Source of the DNA: Octopus sinensis
Taxonomy: Eukaryota
NCBI RefSeq assembly: GCF_006345805.1
Contig: NC_042998.1
Location: forward strand, 145,886,001 to 145,950,000
Direction of reading: 5' to 3'
Length of the DNA: 64,000 nucleotides
The notes below the pieces were generated by a model. It saw only the letters and a program-made list of their open reading frames with translations. It was not told where the DNA came from and made no database searches. Both the position numbers and the translations under genes were made by a program. This document shows, in pieces, positions 24,739 to 39,682 of this stretch; positions within the stretch are counted from its first letter, which is position 1; every line of letters begins with the position of its first letter.

Positions 24739-27700
24739 TTTTTTTTTAATGTCTCAGCTGCAAAGCTGCGGTCATGTTGGAGCATCACCATTGACTGAGC
24801 TACACCATTATTTGCTACCTCCTCTAATATGTGGCATTTGGTCAATGAGGGTGTTTGATGCTGCTGCCCTCATTTATGTTTCCTACCATGAGGTAGGCTC
24901 GTCTGGAACCCGTAACAGGAAGCGATCCAGTTTTGTTTTAAAGAGACTTACATCCACACCATGCAGGTCTCTCAGGCATTTTGGAAGGATATTAAAGAGC
25001 TGTGGGCCTTTAGAAGCCCAAGCTGTTGCAGCATCTGGTCCTGTATTTTGATGGCGATGCTGGGATCTTTGGCACTATGTAGTGGCGCCCCGTTCTGCAG
25101 TTTGAATAACTTTCAATGACAAAGTTTGGTACAAGGCCTTCTAGAATTTTCCAGATGTATATCACTGCATATCTCTCCTGCCTTCATTCCAAGGAGAACA
25201 GTTTTAATTTTTAAAGTCTTTCCCAGTAGCTGACATGTTGCATTGAGACGAATTTCTTAGTGTAGCTTCGTTGGATTGCTTCGAGTTCTGCTGTGGATTT
25301 TTTATTGTGATGACCATAGTTGGGAGCAATAGTCTAAGCAGCTGAAAACATATGTCCTCCAAAGGATCATTAATGTCTCCTTTTCTCTTGTTTTGAAAGT
25401 ACGGAGGATCCATCCAGCCAGCCATCTGCATTTTATTACCAAATTGGCAATATGCGCTTGGAAAGATGCATCATTGCTCATGTCAATACCCAGGTCACGC
25501 ACTGATTTTGATTCAGGGATTTCAATTCCTCCTGGGCCAGTATATCCTGTCTGCATGTCGTTTAGCTTTGTGTTGATAGCGTAGGGCCTGGAATTTTCCT
25601 GCATTAAACAGCATGTTGCTGTCCTCAGCTCACCTGCATATTGCGTCCAACTCCCGTTGCAGATGTACAATATTTCCAGGATTTTGTATTGTCTGAGAGA
25701 CTTTTGTGTCATCTGCATAGCTAGCAAGGGTAGCTATCCGTGCAGTAGAGGGCATGTCTGAGAGGACTACAATGAACAGCAGTGTCCCCAAGGCAGTACT
25801 CTGTGGAACACCATTTGCTATTTGCGTTACCTTATAGGTGGCTCCATTGGCTACTACTGCCTGACGTCTATGCTTTAGAAAGTTGTGCAGCCATTCTCCA
25901 AGGTTTCTGCATATGTCGAGATCGTGCAGTTTGTGACATATCATACCAACCATAGTCAACTTTTTTAAAGGCTTTTGCAAAGTCGAGATTTATCACATCC
26001 ACGCTTGAGTCATTCAACAGCTGTTTTAACACCCAGTCGTAGTGTTGCAGGAGCTGTGTCAGACAGCTTCTACCTGGTCGAAATTCATGCTGGGTGTCAG
26101 TCAGCAAGTCATTTTCTTCTAGGAACGTGATTAGTTTCTTGCAGACTATTCGTTCCATGACTTTACTGATGTGTGAGGTCAGAGAGATAGGCCTATAATT
26201 TTTAGCATCTGCTATGCTTCTTCCTTCATTGATAGGGCATATTATTCCTTCCATCGGTTTGTCTGGGAGCTTACCACTTGCAAGGAAGCTCTGGAAGAGA
26301 AGCTACAGTGGATTTGTAAGAGTTCGCTTGCATGATTTGAGTAGGACCGCTGGAAACCCATTCGGGCCAACCGCTGAGTTTGTGTCAACCTCATCTATGG
26401 CCAGCATTACATCTTCTTCAATGTTTATGCGTTCAGTTTTTATAACCTTTTTGGTTTTAGGTAATGTGGCAAAGAAATCCGCTGGTTTGTTCACTTGTCT
26501 GTGTTCCAGCGGTGTAGTGAACACATTTTGGAACTGTTCGTTCAGTATTTCACTTACCTTCGTGGGGTTTCCTGTAAGGGAGCCATCTTTTTGGAAGAGG
26601 GGTCCTATCTTATGGCGCGTTGAGGCTGTTTCTTTGGCAAGCTTAAAGAAAGCTTTAGGGTTTGATTGACTCGATATTTTCTATAACCCAAGCTTCTTTA
26701 TTTTCTCTCTCCTTTTCATGAGACTGATGCAGACGTTTCTCAATTTTCAATAGCACTCTCTCCAGACGAGACTTCTCGCCACTTTTGGGGTGTTTGCTCA
26801 GACGGTTCGCAATCTTCGTCCGTCTCATAAGAATCTTCCTTTCCCTGAGGATCCTGTTTTTGTGTATGTTGGCCTTGCACAATGGGACAGATTCGTCACA
26901 TATGGTTTATATTATGGGCATGAAATGTTAGTGTTTCATGTCAATGTCTGGTGTGGGGAGACATTTTGGCCAATCCTGTTTGAGGATCTCTTTCCCAATC
27001 AGCTTCAAATTTGCTTTGTGAAAGTTTAGCTTGGAGGGACTTTGGGTGCTACATATAGACTGTATGTCTGCTGGAGCTTTTGGTCCATATATAGACAGCT
27101 CTATTATATTGTGATCCGAGATCATAGTCGGTGTCACTAACATTATGAATAATGTCTATATTGTTTGTGAAGCAGAGGTCTAGTATATTATTTACCCTGG
27201 TTGGTTGCAGCATGACTTGTTCTATGAAAGAGGCATTGGTAAGGTAGAGCAGGGACTCTACGTGTGCTTGCTGTTGGTGTGTCATTCATGGGAGAATCCC
27301 ATGTTTGAGAAGTTTAATTCGCCCAAAACGAATACACTAATGTGTTGTTTCAGTTTGATGATAACTTCTCTTATCTTTGCTAGACAGTCTTCAAATTTGC
27401 CTGTATGACTCGGAGCATCTGGTGGGCAATATGTAGTACATATAACAATATTAAGTTGTCTTATGCGTAACATTTGAGTGTCGCATACTGAATTAGAATA
27501 TGACAACAGGACCTGGGGCGTGAGGTCCTCTCGGATGTACACAGCAACTTCACCATAGCTCCTCTCCTTTCTATTTGAGTATATGACAACATATTGTGGT
27601 ATATGTATTTCAGCATCCCCTATATCAGGTCTAAGATGCGTTTCTACAAGTACCATGCATAAAGTTTGATTGCATGCTGCAAGGTCTCTCAGGAATGAGA

Positions 27701-28260
27701 TTTTTGATTTACAGCTGCCAAGCAACAGCCCTCCTACATTCAGAAGAAATATCTTTGTGATGAGTGTGTTGATGTTAGTGGTGGCCATCCTGTATCTGTT
27801 GCTGGTGGTGGCCTTGTGTGGTGGCGTGTGTAGTTCCATGCTTGGGTTTGAAGCCAGGTCAATTGCTGCACAATCTTTTGTGCTATGCACAAAAAAGATT
27901 GTAGTTCAGCTGCCACTCTTTTCACACCTGGGTAAAGTCGGCCGTTTGCTGGGCCGCGCACTACATCTGCATACCGTCTTTCGGAAGTAGACAGTGTGCT
28001 ATTTTTACTTCTTTGGTACCTTTTCTTTTGTCCTCTTCGGGGAAGGGAGTGTTGTCTGGGGCCCATGTTGTTTTGACAGGGCTTCCGGTGTGCAAAGCGA
28101 CAGTTTGCACCATCATCACCGTAGAATTTGCAAGTGCTCCTGCTTTTGCCCTTCCAACTCCTGTAGCTTCTGTTGAGGATCCTTCATTTCATATCAGCAT
28201 TTTCGAATGTTTTTCTTTCTTTTCTTTGACTCTTCGTTCTTCTTTGCTTTTGATAGCTTT
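24739..28260 (-). mobile_element. CR1/L2-group LINE, ORF1 end + ORF2, degenerate
   Basis: CCCH-like ORF1 (CKFY..G.NCRFAH); APE (LLNVGGL..VETHL..VAVYIRE); RT (NYRPISLTSHISKVMER, LDFAKAF, GVPQ, YADD); C-terminus GPQLFNILP..LD.FL.RVPDEP; poly(A) = T-run 24739-24747. Confidence 0.92.
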
Positions 28261-28288
28261 TATATATATACATGTATACATACAAACA

Positions 28289-28374
<86 letters not shown>

Positions 28375-28741
28375 GCACCATCATCACCGTACTAGTATAT
28401 AAATAATATAATTGGCATTATCATCATCACCATCATTATTGTTGTTATTCTGACCTCAATTCCCGCCGTTCGAAAGTCCCACGTGGGATCAATTTTGGAC
28501 TTTAATTTTCATGAAGTTGATAAGATACAATACATAGAGAGTTGCTATCGTGAATTACAGGCGTCATCAAGAGAGGTTTCCCAAGGCAACACTGGAGATT
28601 ATTTACAATTTTTAATATCGAGATGTCTATACCTTCGGCGTAGACGTCTCGATATTTAGGTTTTAGGCCAATGTTCCAAAATGTCTTCGTATTTATGAGC
28701 ACAAGATATTTAATCCAGCTTTTATTATGGATAATTATGTG

Positions 28742-28772
<31 letters not shown>

Positions 28773-29212
28773 TGTGTGTGTGTGGTGTGTGTGTGTGTGT
28801 GTGTTTGACTCACAGCGAAGTTTCGACTTGCTAGTTATCATCAGACTGATACCATCTCGTAAACCGAAACTTAGAAGTCACATTCAACTTTCTCTTTCTA
28901 TACATACACACATATATACACATATACATACTTATATAAATGTGTGTGTGTGTGCGCGGGGAGGGGGGACTGGCGTGTGTGTGTGTATGATTGTTATTCA
29001 ACTATAATTATATACAAAGACAAAGATTAATCTGATGGGTCACTCAATACTTTTCAGTAGAGTAATACTGTAGTAATGTAGCATTCATTGGACTGTCGAA
29101 TGAAGACTTCGTGGAAGAAGCTTATCCTTATAAAAATACGATATAAGTGTATGAAGGTGCATATACATGTATATATGTATATATGTGTATATGTACATAT
29201 GTATATATATAT

Positions 29213-29260
<48 letters not shown>

Positions 29261-29785
29261 TATACGCGCGAGTGCGTATATGTCTACCCATATGTGTATG
29301 TATTTGCATATATATATATATATATACATAAATACATACATACATATATATCTATATCTCTATGTGTATGTGTGTGTTTGTATGTATGTGTATATTACTT
29401 ACGTAAAGTACATTATGTCCTGTGAAGCTTTATGTCTATATTGCATATCTGTTGCTACAGGCAATCATGGAACAGAGTCCTACATAAGCAAATAAAGAAT
29501 ATTGAAAAATAAAACTGTATTTCTATCTGAATTTGTTTGGCTTAATTAAATTTGAAATTTCGTTTCGTTTCCTATTTCGTTTCGTTTCATATGTCGTTCT
29601 GTTTCATACAGGTTTTCGTTAGTATCTATGATGTATATATTACACTCCGTTAACTGTTTCTTTCTCTTTTGTATATTCTTTCTTTTTGAATGAAAACTGT
29701 GCATTGTGACTTGTTTGTATGATTGGCTTATTAGATTACACACTCACACACAGTCACACAATCACATAGACACTGGTCAACATAA

Positions 29786-31440
29786 CACTGGTCAACAAAA
29801 TGAAACTTTTTTAATCATTAGAGTTGCTGATTGACTTTTCTGGGTTAATTTTTGATGCTGATTACGAATCTGAAGTCCGATTTCCTCTATCAGGTCACAT
29901 TTTCATGTTAATGATACCTGCTGATTTCACTTATAGGATACGTAAAGCATGTCTATATAAATTATATTGAATACAAGATACGATCATTTCATGGCTTTTT
30001 ATTGTACAAAATTAAAATTGTTGTGTACAAATAAGTTATAAAACACTCTAATGCATATCAACTTAAATCTTTGGGATTTGGACTTTCTATGGTGTTTTGT
30101 CTCAAGTTCATCCTTGTATAACATCCAACAGTAGTCAGCTAACATTCTTGCATTCCAAAATCCTTGATAACGTTGTTCCATCGATGCAATATCTTGATGA
30201 AAGCGTTCCCCTTGTTCATCAAACACTGCTCCAAGGTTCTCTGCAAAGAAGTCCAGATGTGAATCAAGGAAATGGACTTTTAGCGACATCCAACAGGTCA
30301 TTGCAGCGTGGGAGTCTAGAAGACATTTCACTCCATTTCTAAATTCTAGAGATCTCTTGTTGCCTGGTAAATTTTCACAGAGCCATTTAAAGGATTCCCA
30401 GGTTTTAAGCTCAATCTCATCCAGTTCTGTGAGGAAGTGGTTGTCCTTCAGGAGTTCTTTTATCTGCGGACCTATGAATGAGCCCTCCTTCAGTTTTGCC
30501 TCGGAGATTTTTGGAAATTTGGCCTTCACATATTCAAAACCTTTTGAGCTTTTCCTGGCAAGTGTCTTCATGAATTTTTTCATGAGGCCAAGCTTTATGT
30601 GAAGAGGGAGAAGAAGAACATTTTCTGGGTTTAAAAGTGGCTTACTCTGGACGATAGAAACTCCTGGCTCATATGATTTTCGCAAAGGCCACTCTGATTG
30701 CACATAGTGCTTGTTAGTTGCACAACTGTCCTATAGGCATAACCAGCAACAATATTTGGTGAACCCAAATTGCATTCCCATCAACATTCCAATCACCTTC
30801 AAGTCTCTACATATTTTCCAGCTGTAGTTTGTATACTTTATGGCATTGAAGAGTACTTGCATGTATTCATAACATGTATTCATATTCTTATTGCCGTTGT
30901 GTAGTAGTACTGCTTTGAGGCTTCTCTTAGATGAATCAATGAATAAGCGCCATTCAGCTGGAACATGGTCTTGGAACAAACAGCGAAATAACTCATCAGT
31001 GTTATTACTGAAACAAAGTGGTCCATCAACAGAGAAGCATGAAGTCAGACCCCTATTTCTCTTCCTGAAATGAGCAATACAAACATCTTTCTTAAGCAGA
31101 CACTTTTGTAGGCTAATAGTTCAGCTTTATCCTTCGACAATGACAAGTCTCTAACTAAATCATTTAACTCTCCTTGAGAAAATTTCTGTGGTACGTCTTC
31201 ATTTTCAATCGTGAAATCTGCACCCACTTCGGTGTCTTCGACAGCAGTAATATTTTCTTCGGGAAATACATTTTCGTCAGACATCTGAAGGCCATTATCT
31301 CATCAGAAAAACTGTGCCTGATCGAAGGAAACCGATTACATTTTTGAAATCTGCGGACAAAACTACATATAAAACACCATATAATATCCCTGATGAAAAT
31401 TGGCTGTTGATCAGTGTAATTCACTCTTCACTGCCATGAG
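29786..31440 (-). mobile_element. DDE DNA transposon, most like CMC/Chapaev3, 5'-deleted, dead
   Basis: WRLFIDSSKRSLKAVLLHNGN, DLKVIG, TKYCCWLC, PLHIKLGLMK, HFLDSHLDFF..DEQGERFHQD..ADYCW; terminus CACTGGTCAAC preceded by TAA (TWA-type site). Superfamily assignment from recall of motifs and termini. Confidence 0.75.
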
Positions 31441-31515
31441 TTATATATTAGGTTGGAAAGTAATTCCTGTCGCATTTTCACATTGGAGAGTAAAAAGTAC
31501 TTCTTTGGTCTCAAG

Positions 31516-32100
31516 ATGAAGGCAGAGACCCGGCAGAATTGTTAGCACGCCGGGCAAAGTGCTTAGCAGCATTTCGTCTGTATTTAAATTCCGCCAAGGT
31601 TGACTTTGCCTTTCATCCATTCGAGATCGATAAAATAAGTACCAGATGAACACTGGGATTGAAGTAACCGACTTACCCCTCTACCAGACCTGCTGGTCTT
31701 GTGCCAAAATTTGAAATCAATATATCTAATCAAGATGAAGGTGGCGATCTGGCAGAAACGTTAGTGCACCAAGCTAAATACTTAGCGGTATTTTGTCCGT
31801 CGTTACGTTCTGAGTTCAAATGCCGCCAGGATCGACTTTGCCTTTCATCTTTTCGGGCTCAGTATAATAAGTACCAGTTGAGCACTGATGGGTCGATGTA
31901 ATTAACTAGCCCTCTCTCACAAATTGCTAGCCTTGTGCCAAAATTAGAATCCAATATATTTGATGAAGATTTTCCCCCGTGATTAGTAATAAGTTATTTT
32001 ACTGAGTTCGAAATTCGAACTCAGAACGTAAAAGCCCTAAAGAAATATGGCTAAGCATTTTATGCGACGTGCTAACAGTTCAGCTAGGTTTCGTATCTGC
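31516..32100. mobile_element. Three family A SINEs (31516-31715 +, 31737-31950 +, 31990-32100 -)
   Basis: Family core sequence. Confidence 0.8.
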
Positions 32101-32900
32101 TTTCCTGCAAATTTATGTACGATTGTGTACCGGCTAGAATTTAGCTTATTAGCAATTTCACATCTCACTTTCTCTCTCTCTCTCTTTCTCTCTCTCTCTG
32201 CGTCTCTCTCTCTCTCTCTCTGCGTCTCCCTTTCTCTCTTTCTCTCTCTCTCTGCGTCTCCCTCTCTCTCTCTCTCTCTCTCTTCATCTCTCTCACTCAT
32301 TCACTGTTTCTTCTCGCTTCAATCTTCCTTACCAACAAATTATTTCATTTTATTTTTCATTTTACTTTGTCGTTTTTGTTTTCCCCAACAGCTGTTTCTT
32401 CTTTTTTTTACTTAATATGCAACATCTTAATGTTTTGAAGATATTATACCTAGCAGACTTTATTGTCAATATTGCTCTAACGAAAATACATTAAGTTGAC
32501 TACAATCAAATTTATGAAATGATTAAAATAAATAAAAGTTCGAAAGACGCGAAAATATATATATAAAACAAAATATATTTCGGACTTGATTTGTTGAAAT
32601 AAGCGAAATATAATTCAAATATATAAATTACATATATGTACGTATGTGTTATATGTGTATGTGTGCGTGCGTGCGTGTATGCCTATGTGTAAGATGAACT
32701 GCCAGAATGTCTAGTGCGTCGGGAAAATGCATTGTGGTATTTATTCCAGTTCTTTACAGTTCTTTCAAATCCAACCGACCTCTACATTGCCTTTCATTCA
32801 TTCGATGTTGGTAAAATAGAGTACCAGTCGAACAGTGAGATGGCATCGATCGACAATCGCTCCTTAAAAACTGCTTGTCCTTGTAATATAATCAAAAACC

Positions 32901-32952
<52 letters not shown>

Positions 32953-33225
32953 GTGTGTGTGTATTTATATATATATATATATATATATACATACATACAT
33001 ATATATATATATACACACACACATACATATATATATTTTTGTCAGTGAACAGGTCGCGGATTTTAGCGACGAAAATATCTTGACAAATTATACTTAAATG
33101 TTGAAGTGAATCGAACGGCTTTTGTGTGTTTCTTAAATCGCTTACAAACACCTTCCACGCTGCAATTGTTTTCGTTTCAGCGCACGATCTCAGATCAAAT
33201 CACTTGCTATGCGAGTACATCTCTG

Positions 33226-33379
<154 letters not shown>

Positions 33380-35269
33380 ATGATTAAGATTCAGTTGAAT
33401 TAGGTACTTAAATTGAGGCACCAAGCCAGTTCGTTATAGTGCGCACAGTTCGAAGTTAGGTAAACAAAATGCAAATAAATAACAAGGATGTCCAGGTATC
33501 AATGCATTGCGGTCGTTTCAAGCGGCTCCATTTAATCGATGAATGAAAACATTACATCAATTTGAAAGAAACCGCTCTCTTCAGAAGTAGATGGCCATAG
33601 AGATTACCAGCATAAAGGATAAACAAACTTTTAGCAAATTCAGTACTAGAAACCAAAGTGATTACAGTGTTTCCTTATATTATATTTATGGCAAAATGAA
33701 TTTAGAGAATAACGCATATTAAGCCTACAATAATTTAGAGAGTGGCAGAGGAAAATAGTGGGGGTCAAGATATAGGAGTGGTGAGATAGTTATTTATATT
33801 TATTATTATTTTTATTTATATGATTTTATGCAGCATATAATCTACAACCATTTAGAATTAAATCCATTGGGAGTTGTCAGCAATCTTCTAGTTGATGGTG
33901 ACATATAAATTAATCTTAGACAACTTCCCAGACTTATTTTACTGGGATCATATATCTAGCTTTAACTACATAAAAGGATATGACTCAGAGCTGCTAGTGA
34001 GAGAATCACTGATGGGGAAGAGGTGATAACTAGAAGAAGGAAGGATAGAGGTAGCTAGTACTTATTTAGATTATTAAATAAAAGGGGAATATAGTGAAAA
34101 ATAAAATAGGTAAAAATAAGCTCTAAGGGTGGGAATTAGAACTGAAGGATACGGGATGTAGTAATTCATAACTTAGCAAATTTATTATATCAAATTTAGA
34201 AAAGAATTTTAGATCAATATATATGAAAAGGATAGAAATTAAACTTAAAACTTAATAATGGGGTACTTTGATATATAAGAGAAAGTTCATAAGGCCTTTC
34301 CTAAACATATTCTTCTGATGGTCATGATGAAACCAATCCACAATGAATTTATAAATGAACTAAGTTATCATTTGTATTGGAATACATAGTATATATTAAA
34401 TCAAAACAAGGATTATTATCCTCATTACAGTATAAGATATTGAAAATATGAAATCGAATGTAAGGAGTAATTAAATTAGCGATATACTAAATCTTGTAAA
34501 AAAAATTATTTATCGATTACAGGCACTATGAAAAAATTATGAAAGGATATAAGAAAGTATAAAAATATCACATCTATATAGAAAATTTATAAAGTTTATG
34601 AAGCATAAAGTGTAATTATAAATATAAATATAATATTGTATTATACAGTGAGTTTTAAAGAAATTATAAACCTTTCAACAATCTGTAAAAGCTACACAAG
34701 TATATGGGAGGGTATATAGATATATATAAAAATTTAATAATATAAGATATAAAAAATATAAAAATAAAAGAAAATATTTTTATATAAGAATTTTTTATAA
34801 AGAATTTATAAAATATTTCATTGCGAATGATATAAAAGGTATAACCGAAATAAAACAAAAGAAAGGGAGACAGGGAGAATTAGGATAAGTCAAGGTATGC
34901 ATGACAAATGTTAATTAAAGAATAAATAAAGATAAAGATATCTTTGGAAATGGGTTTATAAAATATTTGTAAAATATATCAGAGACACTAATTTATGTAG
35001 GATAATAACAATTCCTAGGGAGTATACCTTATACTTAGGGGAGGCGCAAGATTTAGTAATCCGTTGCAAATTTATATATTATAACTATAGGGGAAGAAAA
35101 TCCTAGTACCGAAGGGGAATATATGTAATATAAATATTGAAGGAATGCAGATTAAAATGGTTAGGGGTTACTAGAGAGCAATATTACATATATTTTTAGA
35201 TAATAGAGGGTATGTTATGAATAATATGACAACCCGGATAACTCATACTACCAAATCATAGTATGATGT

Positions 35270-35540
35270 GCTTATTATTATCTGCTTCTAAAGTAATTGA
35301 AGGTACGGGTAATCTTATGTACACAAGATACTCTAAGGTCTAATTTATTATTTATTATGTTTTGCTTATCTCTATATTTTAAATTTTCATAAATCTCCAT
35401 ACAGCACAATTCACATCCATATCGGCTATTTTTGCATGGTTGAGCTCTACGGGCTATATACCATTTTAGGCTAAATTCACTATTACTATCCTTGAGTTCC
35501 CTGGTTTTCATAGATAATGAAGTACTGTTGGCTTTATGTC
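35270..35540 (-). mobile_element. Penelope-like element, GIY-YIG C-terminal fragment
   Basis: ELKD..FSLKWYIARRAQP..CELC..E..IINNKLDL..CVH matches the PLE endonuclease tail and resembles 54150-54400. The AT-rich 33700-35270 block may be its decayed remainder. Confidence 0.65.
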
Positions 35541-35741
35541 TAAGTCTAAAAGACGAAAAATGGTTATCTATGCGTTTTTTTCAAATGTACAGAGCATCCA
35601 ATGTAAATGATGTTATTAGTTTCCGTCATTATTGTACATTTGTATATGACCATTTTCAGCTAAACACCGATTCAATATCGGGCATTGGGATCCTATCCCT
35701 AGAATTGCGGCTGCGGATATTATTATTATTATTATTATTAT

Positions 35742-36281
35742 TGAGTGAGCGAGCAGAGCATGCCATCAAAGTGACACTGGGGTAAAATATACGAAGCCCA
35801 GTATACCCATCATGACTACCCGTCTGATAAGGGTACACCAGGCACATGCATCACAACCATATGTGCGCGACATGGTGATCTCATATCAAGATAAACAGCA
35901 CATGACCTTGCAGGTGGAGCCCAGTTAGAATTTTCTTCAGATCGAGTAACCCATCCCGCTCAAAAGGTCCCTGAATAAGGGTTGTTTAAGGACGTTGAAC
36001 GAAACACCCATGTTTCCAGAGGTGAATTATTCAAACCCCAAAGAATCCTTCTCAACACATGGCTATGATGCTCCCCCACTACTTCTGCTCGTGATCAGAG
36101 ATGCACATATCGTCAGCCACTAAGGGACATGCTCAACTGGTTAAGGTCAAACAACTGACAAGCAAATCTGTGGTATTGAGCAGAATATTTGCTGTAGCCC
36201 ATATTTTATACCAAGACAAAACAATGTACATGATAACACTTCCAATCAGTTAAGATCAGAAGCCATGAGAGCCACTGCCTG

Positions 36282-36285
<4 letters not shown>
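35742..36285 (-). mobile_element. Family D repeat in (TTA)n
   Basis: Homologous to 21690-22227 in opposite orientation. Confidence 0.8.
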
Positions 36286-36317
<32 letters not shown>

Positions 36318-36704
36318 GCATTATTTCTATCATTAACATTTATAGTGTCGTAATTAGATGTATCACTCATATTCGTTGCAGCATTATCAAGCGCTATGCC
36401 AATAATATGCGAGTTATACGTACCATTATCTCTATTTATATTAGTTCTATTGTTTTGGATTTTTACATATCTACTATAATTAGAATCATTATTAGGGATT
36501 AAAACTCTGTTAACATTATTATTATTATTATTATTATCAATCTAGTAGTTTGTATTTCTTCTGTTCAATCAGGCTATAATCGTACCTATGTTTCCACAGT
36601 CCATGTGGAAGCGGTTTACACAGACACACACGCACACACGCAGGCACGCACAAACACTCACACACACACGCACACATATATACATGTATATATGGATAGG
36701 TATA

Positions 36705-38425
36705 TTGGTTTCAAATTTTGGCACAAGGCCAGCAAGTTCGATTACATCGACCAAGTGTTCAACTGGTACTTTGGTACTTAATTTATCGAACTCAAAAGGA
36801 TGGAAAGCAAAGTCGACCACAGCGGAATTTGAACTCAGAATGTTAAAACGTACGAAATACCGCTAAGCATTTTGCCCAGCGTACTAAACATTCTTCCGGC
36901 TCGCCGCCTTTATATCGATATGTGGATAGACATATCATAATCCAAAACAATAGAACTAATATAAATAGAGATAATGGTACGTATAACTCGCGTATTATTG
37001 GCATAGCACTTGATAATACTGCAACGAATATGAGTGATACCTCTAATTACGACACTATAAATGTTAATGATAGAAATGTGTATGTTTATTTGATTTCCGT
37101 AATTTCACCAAACACACCTGACTTGATCAGTAGATCGTGACGTGGAGGCAGAAAACGTCACAAGTTCAAATCTTGTCTGCGCTACTTCACGTATTCTATA
37201 GCAAAAGAGTCTAAACCTCTTGAAAGGTACTCAAAATTGAGAAAGAATTCATATTTACATTCACGCTACATTGTTTAATAATCCCTATTGACTTCAAGGA
37301 TAGATAGATAGAAATAGATACTGTTATGTTAATATTTTTTGTCAGTGATATTACTAAGCTGTCAGAATCGTTAAAACATCGAATAAAATGCCTTGATGTA
37401 TTTTTTCCGATTCTTTACGTTCTGCATCCCTTTCCCACTGGTATCGACTTTGCCGATAATCCCATCGGAGTCAATAAAATAATGTAACTGTCCAGTACAG
37501 GGTCGATTGTATCAAATAACCTTTCCCCTCCCTTCCAAAGCTGTTGACCTTGAGTCTACACCAGAAACCCTTTTCAATGTCATTATCGACGTTTGAGAAT
37601 CGAACCTGTGGCATAGAGATTTCTCTAGAATCTATCAATATCTCATGAACAAACAAGCAAATTAAATTTTAAAATTACATTTCTTCATAAATAATTCTTT
37701 CTACAATAAGCACACGGGCTGGAATTTGGTGAGGAAGGTTTAATCACTTACATCGACCCCAGACAAAAAGCAAAATCGACTTCGGCGGAATTGAATCAGA
37801 ACGAAAAGACGTACGACGTGCCGCCAAGCATTTTATCCGGTATGTAAACGAATCTGTCACCTCATCGCTTTCATTTCTTCATTAATAAAAAAAAAAAGCC
37901 TTTCCCAAGCCAGAATCTGAGAAAGTGGTGTTATGGGCCTAGAAGGAATGCCGGTCCATCGAAGGTAGGTAAGTGAACTGAAACAATGTGAAATAAAATG
38001 TTTTGCTCAAGAACACAACGCATCCCCTTGTCCAGAAATCGAAACCACAATCATACGATTGTGAATGCAACACCGTCTGCCTTCATGTTCTGAGTTCAGA
38101 TACCGCCGGGGGCGACTTGGCCTTTCATCCTTTTGAATCGACCAGAACCCTCCCCACAAATTTCAGGTTTTGTACCTTTAGTAGAAAGGATTGTCGTTAT
38201 TATTATTATTAAAAAATTTGCTACGTTCTGAGTTCAAATTCTGCTGAAGTCGACTTTGCCTTTCATCTTTCGGGGTTGATAAATTAAGTACCAGTGAAAC
38301 AATGGGGTCGATATAATCGACTAGTTCCCTCCCTACAACTTCAGGCCTTGTGCCTTTAGTAGATAAGATTATTATTATTATTATTATTATTATATTATTA
38401 TTATTATTATTATTGTTATTATTAA

Positions 38426-38479
<54 letters not shown>

Positions 38480-39440
38480 ACGAAACATAAAATTAATAAG
38501 TAGGCCTCACATTTAAACAAATAGTCAAAAGTTGCTATGAGCTAACACCTTCGTCGTAGTGAAGGAAATTACTTAAGAACATCTGCCGCCGATTTTTATT
38601 TATTTAGTAATGGTACTCATAGCTATTATACCAAAATTGTTGACAGTTATAAATCGCTAAGCTACACTCTATTGTCTTGTTAGTAATTTAAAACAACACT
38701 AGCCACCCCGAGGTTATTCCACAATTTAAAAAGATGTCTGTGTGTATGTATGTATGTGTGCGCGCCACTACCGCTCGTACTGGTATGTGTATGTGCGAAT
38801 AGTATTCGTTTAAATCTTCCCTCTTTCTTTCGCCTTCTCTCTCCCTTTCTGTCTCCCCCTCCTTTCTTTCTCTTTATCTCTCTCTCTCTCTCTCCATCGC
38901 ACGCACACTTTTATCATCTTTACACAGAGTACAGATTAGTGTGACTGATTGTTTACATCGTAGGAATCTGTCGTTAGCACTTTAATATAATATAAGATGA
39001 TGGTTAAGCAACTCGATGTGCAACGACTGAAAGTAATAATGAAAATGAAGCTAGAAAAAATGAACTAAATCCACTTTGAATATAAGAAAATGCTGAACAA
39101 CATAATTTAGGCTACTACAGCACTCACAAATGATGAACGAAATTAGGAGGGAATCTAATTTATAGACAAATAAAATTCTCATTGAAGAATTAATCATGGA
39201 AAACAAAGTAGTAGAAATGAGTGAATTAGCTTGGCCAATAAAAACAGAAGTTTTTAAATGATTCAATTAAAGATATGTGATGTAATAAAACTAGACAGAG
39301 AAATTAGATTTAATTTTCGAAAATCACCCAAAGGCAACACCAGTAGATTATAATTATCAAAGCTACAGGATAAATTTTATTGCAGCTGCAAAAAGAATAA
39401 ATAAAAACTAGTATAAAAACTGCTGCAAAACTATTATCAG

Positions 39441-39481
<41 letters not shown>

Positions 39482-39626
39482 AATAATAATAATAATAATA
39501 ATAATAATCCTTTCTACTGGAAGCACAAAGCTTCAAATTTGGGGAAAGGGATTAAGTCGATTACATAGGACCTAGTGCGGAATTGGTACTAATTTAATCG
39601 ACCCCGAAAGGATAAAAGGCAAAGTC

Positions 39627-39628
<2 letters not shown>
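36705..39628. mobile_element. Cluster of SINEs (family A at 36705-36910, 37355-37560, 37705-37870, 38070-38190, 38221-38370, 39505-39628; family B piece ~37900-38070)
   Basis: Family cores on both strands. Confidence 0.75.

Positions 39629-39679
<51 letters not shown>

Positions 39680-39682
<3 letters not shown>

Noticed and set aside
34315-34340. ctgatg-gtca-tgat-gaaac hammerhead-like string
   Set aside because: Core lacks A9, and there is no stem III, cleavage triplet or stem I.
37120-37195. tRNA-like sequence with gttcaaatc B box
   Set aside because: I could not build a cloverleaf; probably a SINE head remnant. The SINE heads elsewhere are also not tRNA genes.
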